A stretch of 64,000 nucleotides of DNA from Candidatus Spyradenecus sp. GTDB taxonomy: Bacteria; Verrucomicrobiota; Verrucomicrobiia; Opitutales; UBA953. This document shows, piece by piece, positions 38,747-48,990 of this stretch. How positions within the stretch are numbered: position 1 is the first letter of the stretch; each line of letters starts with the position of its first letter. Under the pieces are notes generated by a model, which did no database searches, had not been told where the DNA came from, and saw only the letters and a list, made by a program, of their open reading frames with translations. The position numbers and the translations under genes were made by a program. Location of the stretch: the NCBI GenBank assembly GCA_045535075.1, contig JAZSKX010000001.1:32001-96000 (forward strand), written 5' to 3'.

Positions 38747-39436
38747 ATGGATAAAAAATCCGAGAATATCTGGTTGAGCCTTGCAGCGAACATTGCGATT
38801 CCGGCGTTGATTCTTTCAAAAGGCGGAGAATGGTTTCCGCAGATTTCGCCGGCATTGCGCCTGGTGATTGCGTTGGCGTTCCCGTGCGCGTATTTTTTTT
38901 ATGATTACATACGGCGCCGGGAAGCGAATTGGATTTCAATTTTAGGGTTTGCGGGAACGCTGTTGACCGGCGGCGTCGGCTTGATGCGTCTTTCGCCTTT
39001 TTGGGTTGCCGTAAAAGAAGCGCTGATTCCGGCGCTGATTGCGATTGCCTTGGTGTTTTCCCGAAAAATGGGAAACAAAATTTTGTTCAACGAAAAAATT
39101 TTTGACGTTCCCGCGATTCATTCGGCGTGTGCGTCTCGCGGCACGTCGGGAGATTTGGAGACGGCGTTGCGACGGTCGTCGTGGCTTTTGGTGGCGTCGT
39201 TTACGTTGAGTGCGGTGTTGAATTTTCTGCTTGCGCGTTGGATTGTTGTCAGCGATCCCGCAGAAAACCTTGAAGCTTTTAATGCGGAATTGGGAAAAAT
39301 GCTTTCGCTGTCGTGGCCGATTATTGTCGTTCCGTGCATGATTTTTATCACGGCGGCGCTTTGGGTGCTTTTGCGCGGGTTGAGTCGCGCGACCGGGCTT
39401 TCGGTCGAGCAGCTTCTACGGGAACGGAAATCGTAA
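38747..39436 (+). CDS. VC0807-family inner-membrane protein
   Basis: NIAIPALILSKG, LVIALAFP, NWISILG, LLTGGVGL, W.AVKEA.IP, SF.LSAVLNF.LA, FNAELGKM..LSWPII.VP. Confidence 0.75.
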   Translation: MDKKSENIWLSLAANIAIPALILSKGGEWFPQISPALRLVIALAFPCAYFFYDYIRRREANWISILGFAGTLLTGGVGLMRLSPFWVAVKEALIPALIAIALVFSRKMGNKILFNEKIFDVPAIHSACASRGTSGDLETALRRSSWLLVASFTLSAVLNFLLARWIVVSDPAENLEAFNAELGKMLSLSWPIIVVPCMIFITAALWVLLRGLSRATGLSVEQLLRERKS

Positions 39437-39488
39437 GGTCGGGAAAAATTGCGTCGACGCTCGGCGGCGGGCGCAATATCTTTCCTGC

Positions 39489-42200
39489 ATGAATTTTCTA
39501 AAAACTCTCGCGCTTGCTTTTACCTTGCTCGTTCCGTTTGCGGGAACGCTTTTTGCAGAAGATAAACATTTGAAGCTCGGAAAACCGGGCGTGCGCCAGA
39601 CTTTTGACTTTGACTGGCGTTTTGCGAAGTTCGGCGGCGACGAACATTGCTTGGAGCGCAACGATCCCGGCGCGGAAGCCGCCAAGCCCGGCTACTCCGA
39701 CTCGAAATGGCGCAAGCTCGACCTGCCGCACGATTGGGGCGTGGAAAGCCGATTCATGCCGAACAAACCGAACCAAACCGCCTCGCTCCCGTGGGACGCC
39801 GTCGGCTGGTATCGCAAGGAATTTTCCGTTCCCGCCGCCTCCAAGGGCAACCGCTTTTTCCTCGACTTTGACGGCGTGATGATGACGCCGCAGGTTTACG
39901 TCAACGGAGAACTCGCCGGCGAATGGAAATACGGCTACAACTCGTTCCGCGTCGATATTACGAAATTTTTAAAATACGGCGGGAAAAACGTTGTCGCCGT
40001 GCGCGCGGAAAACAAGCAGAACTCGACGCGCTGGTATCCGGGCGCGGGCATTTATCGCCACGTTTGGATTACGGAAGCGAATCCCGTGCACATCGCGCAT
40101 TGGGGCGTTTTCGTGACGGTGCCCGAAATCAAGGGAATCAAGAAAATCAACGAAAAGAAGCCGCCGAAGGAAATTAAGGCTTCGAGCGCGAAAATTAACG
40201 TCGCGACGACGGTCGCCAACACGGACGCCGCTCCCGTGAGCGTTGAAGTCGTCCAAGCCGTTTATCCGCTTGTCGGGAAAAAAGACAAACCTCTGGCGAC
40301 AAAAACCGTCGCGGCGACGGACGTTCCCGCCGGCAAGGAAAAAGTCATCGACGCGGAATTTTCGCTCAATTCTCCGAAACTCTGGGACGTGCTTTCGCCC
40401 TCGCTTTACGTTTTGCGCACGACGGTAAAAATCGTCGGAAGCGACGGGAACGCGAAAACGACCGACCGCAAAGACACGATCTTCGGCGTGCGCAAAGCCG
40501 AATGGAAGCCGGACGGTTTTTACCTGAACAACCGCCGTGTCCAAATCAAAGGCGTTTGCCAGCACCACGACCTGGGACCGCTCGGCGGCGCCGTTCATAA
40601 GCGAGCGATCGAGCGGCAGATTGAGATTTTAAAAAGCTTCGGCGTGAATTCAATTCGCACCTCGCACAATCCGCCCGCGCCGGAACTTCTCGAACTTTGC
40701 GACCGCATGGGCATTCTCGTCGACAACGAGCTCTTCGATTGCTGGAAACACCTTAAGGAAGGCAAGGCAAACGGCTACAATCTTTTCTGGAACGATTGGC
40801 GGGAACGCGACGTACGCAATTTCGTCATGCGCGACCGCAATCACGCCTGCGTCATCGCGTGGTCTGCCGGGAACGAAATCGCCGAGCAGGGCGCGAAAGA
40901 CGGGATCGCGATCGCAAAAGACCTTGTTTCGCTTTTCAAAAAATACGATACGACACGCCCCGTTACCGTCGGCTGCAACGATTTAAGCGCTTCGTGGAAC
41001 GGCTTCGGCAAGGAGTTTGACGTTTACGGCTTTAATTACAAACCGAACAATTACAAAGATTTCGCAAGCAAAAATCCGAAAACGCCCTTCGTCGCCTCCG
41101 AAACTTCGTCTTGCGTGAGCACGCGCGGATTTTACTCGTTCCCGGAAAACGACAAGGATTATGCGCCGTTTTGGAGACGCAATTTCTGCGACAATCTCGC
41201 GATTTGCCAAGTCAGCGACTACGGGCTTTACGCTCCGGGCTGGGCGTATGCGCCGGACGTGGAATTCGGTGCGCTTGAAGACGAGCCGCGTTGCGCCGGC
41301 GAATACGTTTGGACGGGCTTCGATTATCTCGGCGAGCCCACGCCGTGGAATCTCGGGCGCAAGCCGGAAAACGACTTCCGCGGCGCGTCCGAAGCCGAAA
41401 TCAAAAAACTCAAAGAGGAAATGGCAAAAATCCTCGCGCAAGGCACGCCTTCCCGCAGTTCGTATTTCGGAATCGTGGACCTCTGCGGCTTTTGGAAAGA
41501 CCGCACTTACCTTTATCAATCGCACTGGATGCCGGATGTGCCGATGGCGCACATTCTCCCGCATTGGAACTGGAAAGGTTCCCGCGAAGGAAAAATTACA
41601 CCCGTTTTTGTTTACACGAGCGGCGATTCCGCCGAGCTTTTCCTGAACGGAAAATCCCTCGGCAAGCGAAAGAAAAAAACAGGCGCCGGGCTCACCGGAA
41701 AAGACATGAACGGAGACATGCGGGAACGCTTCCGCCTGACGTGGACGGACGTAAAATACGAGCCGGGAACGCTCAAAGTCGTCGCCTACAAAAACGGAAA
41801 AAAATGGGCGGAAGACATTGTGGAAACCACCGATGAACCCGCAAAAATGAATGTTTCCGTTGACCGCCCGACAATTCTCGGCGACGGGCGCGACCTCGCC
41901 TACGTTACAATCGTCATCGAAGACAAAAAAGGACGCAAGGTGCCGACCGCCGACAACCGCCTGAAATTTTCCGTCAGCGGGAACGCCGAAATCGTCGGCG
42001 TGTGCAACGGCGACCCGACCGATCACGATTCGATGAAAGGCGACACGATCAAGGCGTTTTCCGGCATGGCGCAGGTGATTTTGCGTTCCAAGCGCGATTC
42101 CGCCGGCAAGGCAACGCTGAAAATTTCCGGCGCCAAACTGCCCGCTGCCACCGTCGACATCAAAATCGAAAAACCGACCGCGCGCCAGCTGCGCAACTAA
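39489..42200 (+). CDS. Glycoside hydrolase family 2 (beta-galactosidase-like)
   Basis: Signal peptide, LDLPHDW, RWYPGAGIYR, HHDLGPLG, IRTSHNPP, WSAGNE, WTGFDYLGEPTP. Confidence 0.95.
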   Translation: MNFLKTLALAFTLLVPFAGTLFAEDKHLKLGKPGVRQTFDFDWRFAKFGGDEHCLERNDPGAEAAKPGYSDSKWRKLDLPHDWGVESRFMPNKPNQTASLPWDAVGWYRKEFSVPAASKGNRFFLDFDGVMMTPQVYVNGELAGEWKYGYNSFRVDITKFLKYGGKNVVAVRAENKQNSTRWYPGAGIYRHVWITEANPVHIAHWGVFVTVPEIKGIKKINEKKPPKEIKASSAKINVATTVANTDAAPVSVEVVQAVYPLVGKKDKPLATKTVAATDVPAGKEKVIDAEFSLNSPKLWDVLSPSLYVLRTTVKIVGSDGNAKTTDRKDTIFGVRKAEWKPDGFYLNNRRVQIKGVCQHHDLGPLGGAVHKRAIERQIEILKSFGVNSIRTSHNPPAPELLELCDRMGILVDNELFDCWKHLKEGKANGYNLFWNDWRERDVRNFVMRDRNHACVIAWSAGNEIAEQGAKDGIAIAKDLVSLFKKYDTTRPVTVGCNDLSASWNGFGKEFDVYGFNYKPNNYKDFASKNPKTPFVASETSSCVSTRGFYSFPENDKDYAPFWRRNFCDNLAICQVSDYGLYAPGWAYAPDVEFGALEDEPRCAGEYVWTGFDYLGEPTPWNLGRKPENDFRGASEAEIKKLKEEMAKILAQGTPSRSSYFGIVDLCGFWKDRTYLYQSHWMPDVPMAHILPHWNWKGSREGKITPVFVYTSGDSAELFLNGKSLGKRKKKTGAGLTGKDMNGDMRERFRLTWTDVKYEPGTLKVVAYKNGKKWAEDIVETTDEPAKMNVSVDRPTILGDGRDLAYVTIVIEDKKGRKVPTADNRLKFSVSGNAEIVGVCNGDPTDHDSMKGDTIKAFSGMAQVILRSKRDSAGKATLKISGAKLPAATVDIKIEKPTARQLRN

Positions 42201-42218
42201 GCAACGCGCACCAAAGAC

Positions 42219-42259
42219 AAAAAAGCGTTCCCGTGTTTTTTTCACGGGAACGCTTTTTT
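42219..42259 (+). terminator. Terminator built from an inverted CGGGAAC pair
   Basis: AAAAAAGCGTTCCCGTG-T7-CACGGGAACGCTTTTTT. Confidence 0.88.
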
Positions 42260-42596
42260 ATTTTTTTGAGTTATCGGGCGTTGCGTTTACGGCGGAAAAC
42301 GAAGAGCGCGAGTGCGTCGATGCGGACTAAAGGCGCAGTTTTTTCGGGAAGAGTTCCGTATTTTATGCGATGGCTATAGTGTGTTTTGTTGTTGAGTCAA
42401 GAGTTGACACTGTCTGTTTTGAATCCGGATTTGTCGAAATTAAAACTCGTTCCCGTGATGAATCTGACTTTTCTTGCGGGAAAAACCGTGTTAATCGGTA
42501 TCGTATATGCGATTTCTGAAAAAATATCGTCTGCGAATTGCGGTGATGTTTGCTTTGTGCTTTATCGCACTTGCGGGAATGGATTATGCTTGTTCC

Positions 42597-43499
42597 ATGT
42601 CTGAATCAAAGCCGGTGCAGTTTTACAATCGTGAGAGCGGTGCGCTCGAAACCGAAGCCATTTTCGGGGAAAAGCCCTTGCGTTGGGTTTATGAAACGCA
42701 CTTGGGAAAGATTGCGCTTTGGGCGTTGATTCGGCGCGCGGCGTTTTCGGAATTTTACGGTTGGTGGATGAGCCGCCCCGCGAGCCGAGAAAAAGTCGTT
42801 CCGTTTTGCCGGGATTTTAAAATGAACACTTCGGAATTTGCCGAGCCGCCCGAAAGCTACGCGTCGTTCAACGATTTCTTTTCCCGCAAGCTGAAGCCGG
42901 GGGCGCGTCCGGTTGTCGCTGACGAAAACACGGCGACGCTTCCCGCCGACGGGCGCCATTTGGTGTTGCCGAAAATTTCTGCCGCGACACAGATTTACGC
43001 GAAAGGGCAGTGCTTTGATTTGGAAAAGTTTCTCGGAGATCCCGCGCTCGCCGCACGTTATGCAGACGGCGCGATGGTATGTTCCCGCCTGTGCCCGACG
43101 GATTATCACCGCTTCCATTTTCCTGTCGCGGGAACGCCGGCGCAGCCGCGCGTGATTAACGGCGCGCTTTATTCCGTCAACCCGATTGCCTTGGCGCGTC
43201 GCGTCGCCTATCTTTGGGAAAACAAGCGCGTTATCGTCGAAATTGATTCGCCGCGTTTCGGGAAGGTAACGCAAGTACTTGTCGGTGCGACGAATGTCGG
43301 AACGATTGTGCCGACTTATGTCGCGGGAACGCCGGCGGAAAAGGGCGACGAACTCGGCTATTTCCGTTTCGGCGGGTCGTTTATCGCGACGCTGTTTGAG
43401 CCGGGAAAAATCACACTTTCGGAAGACTTGGTGAAGCATTCCGAGGCGGGCTTTGAAACCTACGCGAAGACGGGAACGCCGTTGGGGCAGGGAAACTAG
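42597..43499 (+). CDS. psd: Phosphatidylserine decarboxylase
   Basis: SFNDFFSRKLKPGARP, RLCPTDYHRFHFP, VGATNVG, GYFRFGGS cleavage motif. A longer start at 42507 is possible. Confidence 0.92.
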   Translation: MSESKPVQFYNRESGALETEAIFGEKPLRWVYETHLGKIALWALIRRAAFSEFYGWWMSRPASREKVVPFCRDFKMNTSEFAEPPESYASFNDFFSRKLKPGARPVVADENTATLPADGRHLVLPKISAATQIYAKGQCFDLEKFLGDPALAARYADGAMVCSRLCPTDYHRFHFPVAGTPAQPRVINGALYSVNPIALARRVAYLWENKRVIVEIDSPRFGKVTQVLVGATNVGTIVPTYVAGTPAEKGDELGYFRFGGSFIATLFEPGKITLSEDLVKHSEAGFETYAKTGTPLGQGN

Positions 43500-43557
43500 C
43501 CGACATCGTTTAATTTGATTGTAAAACAACGGCGGAAAGCGGAAACTCATTCTCAAC

Positions 43558-44697
43558 ATGTCCGGAGCTTTTCAAGTTATCGCGCGGCGCTGGCGCCCGC
43601 AGCAGTTCGACGAAATCGTCGGTCAGGAACACATCGTTCGCACGCTGAAAAATGCGATTGAAACCGGACGCATCGGGCACGCGTATCTTTTCGTCGGTCC
43701 GCGCGGAACCGGAAAGACGACGACGGCGCGTATTTTTGCCAAGGCTCTGAATTGTACGAACGGGCCGAGCGTCGCTCCCGGCGCCGACGATCCGATTTGT
43801 AAGGCGATTGTGGACGGCTCGTGCATGGATGTTATTGAAATCGACGCGGCAACGAATCGTTCGATCGAAGACGCCAAGCAAATTCGGGAAGAATGTTATT
43901 TCGCTCCCGCGCAATGCCGCTACAAAATCTATATCATCGACGAAGTTCACCAGCTTTCAAAAGATGCGTTTAACGCTTTATTAAAAGTCATCGAAGAGCC
44001 GCCGCCGCACGTAAAATTCATTTTTGCAACAACGGAAGCCGACAAGGTTTTGGAAACGATCACTTCGCGTTGCCAGCGCTTTGAATTTCAGCCGATTCCC
44101 GAAGCGAAAATCGCCGGCAGGTTGCGCCAAATCACGGAAGCGGACGGAGTCGAAGCCGGAGAGGAAGCCTTGCGTGCCATCGCACGTTTGGCAAACGGCG
44201 GAATGCGCGATTCTCAGTCGATTCTTGACCAGGTAATTTCGTTTTGCGGAAAAAAAATCAGCGAAAAAGACGTGCTCGATATTTACGGCTTGGCTTCCAA
44301 AGAGCAAATTGACGGGCTTGCCGCCGCTCTCGCCGCCGCCGATTATGCGAGCGTCGTAAAATTTGCCGACACGTTTGTCGAAGAAGGTCGCGATCTTTTG
44401 CGCGTGCTCAAACACACGCAGGCGCGCGTTCGCGAAGCGCTTTTGGATTCGATTCGGGAAGGCGGCATTTCTTCGATGCTCGGAACGGCGATGCGTACGG
44501 AACAGCTTTTGCGAATGCTGGACACGCTTCAGGCGGGTGAAGGCGGCGTACGTTTGGGGCTTTCCGAACGTGCCAATTTTGAAGTTTGTCTGCTCAAAGC
44601 CGTCGAACAAAGTCGAACGCGAGCCATTGATGCGTTGATTAAAGATATCGCCGGACTCGCCGCGGGAATGCCCGCCGACGAAGCAAAAAAAAAATAA
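43558..44697 (+). CDS. dnaX: DNA polymerase III gamma/tau, N-terminal (gamma-length) frame
   Basis: [46 protein letters not shown]. Stops immediately after an A10 run. Confidence 0.96.
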   Translation: MSGAFQVIARRWRPQQFDEIVGQEHIVRTLKNAIETGRIGHAYLFVGPRGTGKTTTARIFAKALNCTNGPSVAPGADDPICKAIVDGSCMDVIEIDAATNRSIEDAKQIREECYFAPAQCRYKIYIIDEVHQLSKDAFNALLKVIEEPPPHVKFIFATTEADKVLETITSRCQRFEFQPIPEAKIAGRLRQITEADGVEAGEEALRAIARLANGGMRDSQSILDQVISFCGKKISEKDVLDIYGLASKEQIDGLAAALAAADYASVVKFADTFVEEGRDLLRVLKHTQARVREALLDSIREGGISSMLGTAMRTEQLLRMLDTLQAGEGGVRLGLSERANFEVCLLKAVEQSRTRAIDALIKDIAGLAAGMPADEAKKK

Positions 44698-45139
44698 GCT
44701 GAGCCCGATCGCCGAAAAATTCCGTTGCGCGAATTTGGCGTTTAAGGAAGCGCGCAAAAGCGACGCACAACGTTTTTCGTCTTCCCGCGAAACACTTGCC
44801 GAACTTACGGAGAAGCGCCGCAATGCGCCGGCACGCGAAGTTTTCTCCGATGCTGATGCGCCGCTCCCGCAGTATGATCCGTCTGATGAAGCCGGATTTG
44901 AGCCTGATGCTTCGGAGTGTTTTGATGAGGCGGAATCGAATTCTGGCATGGCGAGCATGCCTCTTCACGAAGCAATCGAACGCGTTCCCGCAATGATTCG
45001 CAATTTCGTTCGTGAACGCTTTCATGCTGAATTTTCCCGTGTTCGGGCTTCCCGAAACATGTTTTCCTATCGCGATTTCGGCGGAGAAAACAACGCCGAA
45101 GAGGCGGAAGAGCCTTCGGACGATTCCGACGATGTTTAA
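44684..45139 (+). CDS. dnaX: Probable DnaX tau C-terminal part in the +1 frame, reached by slippage at A10
   Basis: The frame is open from the A run (NKLSPIAEK...) to 45139. Acidic linker and tau-like ending [18 protein letters not shown]; no ATG start near the junction. Confidence 0.65.
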   Translation, partial: QKKNKLSPIAEKFRCANLAFKEARKSDAQRFSSSRETLAELTEKRRNAPAREVFSDADAPLPQYDPSDEAGFEPDASECFDEAESNSGMASMPLHEAIERVPAMIRNFVRERFHAEFSRVRASRNMFSYRDFGGENNAEEAEEPSDDSDDV

Positions 45140-45157
45140 CCCCAAAAAATCTCTACG

Positions 45158-45637
45158 ATGAAAAACTTCGGTTCGCCTCTGAAAATCGGTGTCATTTCCG
45201 ACACGCACGGCTTGTTGCGTCCGGCTGTGTTTGATGTTTTTCGTGACGTTGATCACATTCTTCACGCCGGAGATATTTGTTCCGATGCAATTCTGCGGGA
45301 ACTCAAAACGATTGCGCCCGTTGCCGCCGTCCGAGGAAATTCCGATTATACCCCGCAATGCCGGACGCTCCCGCTGTTTGACATCGTTAAAATCGGTCCG
45401 GCGGAAATCTTTTTGCACCACGGGCACATGGAAGATTTTGATTTTATGCCTGCGGGAACGAACATTGTTGTTTCCGGGCATACGCACTTGCCGCGTGTCG
45501 AACTTTTCGGCGGAATTTTGCGCGTTAATCCCGGGAGTGCGGGACCGCGTCGCCCGAGTGCTCCCGTGAGCGTTGCGATTGTTACGATTTATAATCGCGC
45601 GCGTTCCGCCGAAATCATCGAGCTTCCCGCAGATTGA
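45158..45637 (+). CDS. YfcE/MJ0936-family metallophosphoesterase
   Basis: ISDTH, HAGD, VRGNSD, HGH, GHTH, NPGS. Confidence 0.93.
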   Translation: MKNFGSPLKIGVISDTHGLLRPAVFDVFRDVDHILHAGDICSDAILRELKTIAPVAAVRGNSDYTPQCRTLPLFDIVKIGPAEIFLHHGHMEDFDFMPAGTNIVVSGHTHLPRVELFGGILRVNPGSAGPRRPSAPVSVAIVTIYNRARSAEIIELPAD

Positions 45638-45676
45638 GAACTTGCCGTTTTAACGGGAAACACTATCTTCTTTTCT

Positions 45677-46852
45677 ATGAAACACTCTCGCTTGCTTCCT
45701 TGGTTTTTCTCTGCCTTGACGGCGTTGTGCGTTCCCGCGCTTGCGGGGTGCGCGGCAGAAAGCTTGCCTGTGTCGGACGTTGCGCCCGGCGTGGAAATTT
45801 CCGTCAAAAAATTGCCGCCGCTTGTCGTTGAAGGAACGAATCCCGCGCAGGGTGTTGCGGGCTCATTTGTGCGGATTAGCGGAACTCCTTATGTTGCCGG
45901 CGGTGCGCTTTTCCCGGAAAAAGGTCCCGCGGACGGAGGAAAGAAAAAGTTTTACGACACGGTTTGGAAGCTGGACTTCGAGAAAAACGCGTGGGTTGTT
46001 TGCGGCGAAAAACTTCCCGTTCCCGCCGCTTACGGTGTTTCGCGCGGGCGGATGTGGCTCGGCGGCGAAAATGCTGACGGCAAGCTTGATTCGCAGTGGG
46101 ATTTTTCCGGCGCGACGGAAGAAAAAATTCGCGCGTGGAAAAAAATGCCCGTGGCACTCGACAACGCGGCAGGCGCGGCGATGTTTGTCGGCGGCGGCAA
46201 CGCGAACGGCGTTCCCGCGAACAAGGCTTTTGAGTATTGGATTAATTCTTTTCCGGGGAAAAAGTGCGAATGGAAAGCGCTTCCGGATTTCCCGGGAACA
46301 CCGCGTGTTCAGCCCGTTGCCGGGCTTTTGCAAACGCCGCGAGGGAACGCGTTTGTGCTCGTCGGCGGATTTTATTTTGACAAGGAAACGAAGAAGGCGA
46401 CTGTCGATCGCGCGGGCGTGATTTATTACCCGCGTGAGAAAAAATGGGAAATGCTTCCGCCGCTTCCGGAGGAAATTTCTGAAGCCGGGCTTGTCGGCTC
46501 CTGTTCCGTTGCGGACAATCGCGGCGGAATGCTGATTTTCGGCGGCGTGAACGCGAAGATTTTTAGGGAAGCACTTGAGACCCCTGCGCCGGATTACCTG
46601 CGCCACGATCCCGCGTGGTATAAATTTAACGCGGATGTTTTGCGCCTTTCTTTTGATAAGAACGGGAACGCGAAATGGGAAAAGCTCGCGACCGTTCCCG
46701 CGACTGCGCGTGCCGGGGCTTCCGCAGTCTCTCCGATTTCAATCAAAGCCGATCGCGAAAAAATTTATTTCATTTGCGGCGAACTCAAACCCGGCTTCCG
46801 CTCCCCGGATTGTTGTTTGATTGAAATAAAGCTTAAAGAAGACCAGCGGTGA
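45677..46852 (+). CDS. Cyclically permuted mutarotase (NanM-like kelch) lipoprotein
   Basis: LAGC lipobox, GVAG, VAGGALFP...GGKK, FGGVN, YLRHDPAWYKFN, GELKPGFRSP. Confidence 0.8.
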   Translation: MKHSRLLPWFFSALTALCVPALAGCAAESLPVSDVAPGVEISVKKLPPLVVEGTNPAQGVAGSFVRISGTPYVAGGALFPEKGPADGGKKKFYDTVWKLDFEKNAWVVCGEKLPVPAAYGVSRGRMWLGGENADGKLDSQWDFSGATEEKIRAWKKMPVALDNAAGAAMFVGGGNANGVPANKAFEYWINSFPGKKCEWKALPDFPGTPRVQPVAGLLQTPRGNAFVLVGGFYFDKETKKATVDRAGVIYYPREKKWEMLPPLPEEISEAGLVGSCSVADNRGGMLIFGGVNAKIFREALETPAPDYLRHDPAWYKFNADVLRLSFDKNGNAKWEKLATVPATARAGASAVSPISIKADREKIYFICGELKPGFRSPDCCLIEIKLKEDQR

Positions 46853-46946
46853 TGGATGAGAGCTTAGAGGTAATTGCTAAAAGGGACTTTCAGAAACCTT
46901 TTTTGCCGCAGGAAAATGCATCTACCTCTCATCTCTAAGCTATCAC
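46850..46946. repeat. Heptamer-array inverted-repeat element (family copy 2)
   Basis: GATGAGAGCTTAGAGGTA...TACCTCTCATCTCTAAGCTATCAC. Confidence 0.75.
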
Positions 46947-46982
46947 TTTTCTCCTCCCTTAATCTTTCCCCTTTTTAAAACT

Positions 46983-48494
46983 ATGGATATCGTAAACTAC
47001 ATTAAAGGACTTGAGGATCCGGCGACGGGAACGTCTCCGACCTTCGACGCATTGGTCATTGTGCTGATGCTCGTCGTTATCGCGATTGTCGCGATTCAGG
47101 CGTGGCGCAAAGGCGTGCGCAACGTTGCAAACCTCGCCGACGCGAGCACCGCGCCGGGGAAATGGGCATGGATTGCCGTCGGCTTGCTCTGGATCGTCGT
47201 GATGCTCAATTATTTCGACCGCCAGTTGCTTTCGGTCGTGCGCGCGCCGATTGTTGAAGATATTCCGATGACGGATGCGCAGTTCGGCTTAATCACTTCG
47301 GCGTTTCTCGTTATTTACGCGGTGCTTAGCCCCGTCGGCGGTTTCCTCGCAGACCGCTATTCCCGCCGCTTGGTCATTCTTTGCTCGCTCGTCGTTTGGT
47401 CCACGGTAACGTGGTGGACGGGGCATGCGGAAGATTACACGACGCTCTTCATTGCGCGTGCCGCGATGGGCGTTTCCGAAGCATTTTACATTCCTGCCGC
47501 ACTCGCGCTTATTACCGACTATCACCGCGGGAGCACGCGCTCGCTCGCAACCGGGATTCACATGAGCGGGATTTACGCCGGGATGGCGCTCGCAGGCTAC
47601 GGCGCAACAATGTCCGACGCTATCGGCTGGCGTATGACTTTTGCCGTCTTCGGTCTCATCGGCGTGCTTTACGGATTTGTTCTTATCGTTTTCCTGCGCG
47701 ATCCGAGCAAGGCTCCCGCAGACAACGCGCGTGAGCAACTTCGTGACGGCGTTCCCGCCGCTACGGAAGAAAAAGCCGTTCCCGTCGCCGATTTTGAAAA
47801 AATGTCCGGTGCGCAGGTTTTCAAAAGCCTGCTCAGCTCCCGCCCGATGTGGATTTTGCTGACCGTCGTCGCCTTCGCAGGCGCAGGCAACTGGTTCCTG
47901 CTCACGTGGTATCCGACGCTTTTGACCGACACCTTTAAGGTAATCCAAGACGTTTCCGTTCCGCTTGCCGACGCGAAGGGCATGGGCGACGTTATCAGCC
48001 TCACGACGGGTGAAGCCGGACCGGCGGCAACGCTTTGGAGTTCTATCGCAAAATACATTGCCGTCATCGTCGCCGCGATTATCGCCGACCGTTGGGTGCA
48101 GAAAAATCTCAAGGCGCGCGCGCTCGTTCCCGGGATTTCGTTCGTGCTCGCGGGACCGTGCGTCATTCTCGCCGTCGTGCTCGCGGGAATGTTCGGCGGT
48201 GTCGCTTGGCTTTTCTATACGATGCTTGCGCTCGTTGCGACACAGGGAATTGCGCAGGGCTCGCTCGACGCGACGCTCATGCCCGTCATGCGCTCGCATA
48301 TCGACGAACGCTACTCCGCGACCGGCTACGGTTTGCTGAATCTGACCTCGGCGGGCGTCGGCGCGCTGATTTCCTTCTTCGGCGGCTGGTTCAAAGACCA
48401 GGGCGTGCCGCTGACCACGACGCTTGCCGTCGCCGGCGGCTTGATGTTCATCTGCGGTATTCTCTTCTTCGCGCTCCCGAAACCGCAGAAGTAA
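46983..48494 (+). CDS. MFS transporter, possibly for sialic acid or another sugar acid
   Basis: LNYFDRQ, GGFLADRYSRR, MGVSEAFYIPA; adjacent to the NanM-like gene. Confidence 0.88.
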   Translation: MDIVNYIKGLEDPATGTSPTFDALVIVLMLVVIAIVAIQAWRKGVRNVANLADASTAPGKWAWIAVGLLWIVVMLNYFDRQLLSVVRAPIVEDIPMTDAQFGLITSAFLVIYAVLSPVGGFLADRYSRRLVILCSLVVWSTVTWWTGHAEDYTTLFIARAAMGVSEAFYIPAALALITDYHRGSTRSLATGIHMSGIYAGMALAGYGATMSDAIGWRMTFAVFGLIGVLYGFVLIVFLRDPSKAPADNAREQLRDGVPAATEEKAVPVADFEKMSGAQVFKSLLSSRPMWILLTVVAFAGAGNWFLLTWYPTLLTDTFKVIQDVSVPLADAKGMGDVISLTTGEAGPAATLWSSIAKYIAVIVAAIIADRWVQKNLKARALVPGISFVLAGPCVILAVVLAGMFGGVAWLFYTMLALVATQGIAQGSLDATLMPVMRSHIDERYSATGYGLLNLTSAGVGALISFFGGWFKDQGVPLTTTLAVAGGLMFICGILFFALPKPQK

Positions 48495-48522
48495 GGAGAA
48501 CGAGATTAAAGAAACTCGGAAG

Positions 48523-48561
48523 AAGCGTTCCCGTGATGCATTTCGCGGGAACGCTTTTTTT
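48523..48561 (+). terminator. Terminator built from an inverted CGGGAAC pair
   Basis: AAGCGTTCCCGTGA...TCGCGGGAACGCTTTTTTT. Confidence 0.88.
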
Positions 48562-48671
48562 AGGGTGAGGAATAAAACTTTTCTTTAATAAAAATAGATA
48601 TTAATGTGGTAGCCTTTATTGCTCGCGATTACGTCCGCGCGGGCAAGTGAAACAGACACACGGACCAAAAC

Positions 48672-48706
48672 AAAAAAGAAACCGTGAGAGTGGCGACTCT
48701 CACGGT
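48672..48706 (-). terminator. Antisense-oriented terminator, putative 3' end of an antitoxin sRNA (copy 2)
   Basis: AAAAAAGAA-ACCGTGAGAG-TGGCGA-CTCTCACGGT, with a compensatory pair change relative to copy 1. Confidence 0.6.
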
Positions 48707-48729
48707 CTTATTTGGAAAGGAGCTTCCAA

Positions 48730-48792
48730 ATGGAATCATTAATCCTGGTTCTCATTTTGATTCTACTTATTTTGGAGTCAATAAAGAAATGA
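48730..48792 (+). CDS. 20-aa hydrophobic peptide MESLILVLILILLILESIKK, putative type I toxin (copy 2)
   Basis: GAAAGGAG Shine-Dalgarno; paralog of 38453-38515. Confidence 0.75.
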   Translation: MESLILVLILILLILESIKK

Positions 48793-48797
48793 GGTAA

Positions 48798-48832
48798 AAA
48801 GCCCTCGCCGTTTTTCTTCGGCGGGGGCTTTC
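48798..48832. terminator. Hairpin 3' of small peptide gene, copy 2
   Basis: AAAGCCCTCGCCG-TTTTTCTT-CGGCGGGGGCTTT. Confidence 0.65.
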
Positions 48833-48990
48833 CCAAAACGGATTTGTATGTTTGTGTTTGCTTTCGTGATTTTAAAATGTGTGGCGTTGCGATTCCCGTG
48901 AAATAAGCCCGTTGCGTCGGCGTGAAATTATTTGCATATTTGGAGATACGTTCTGAGGCTTTAAAACTCTGTTTTCGGCGAATTTAAACC

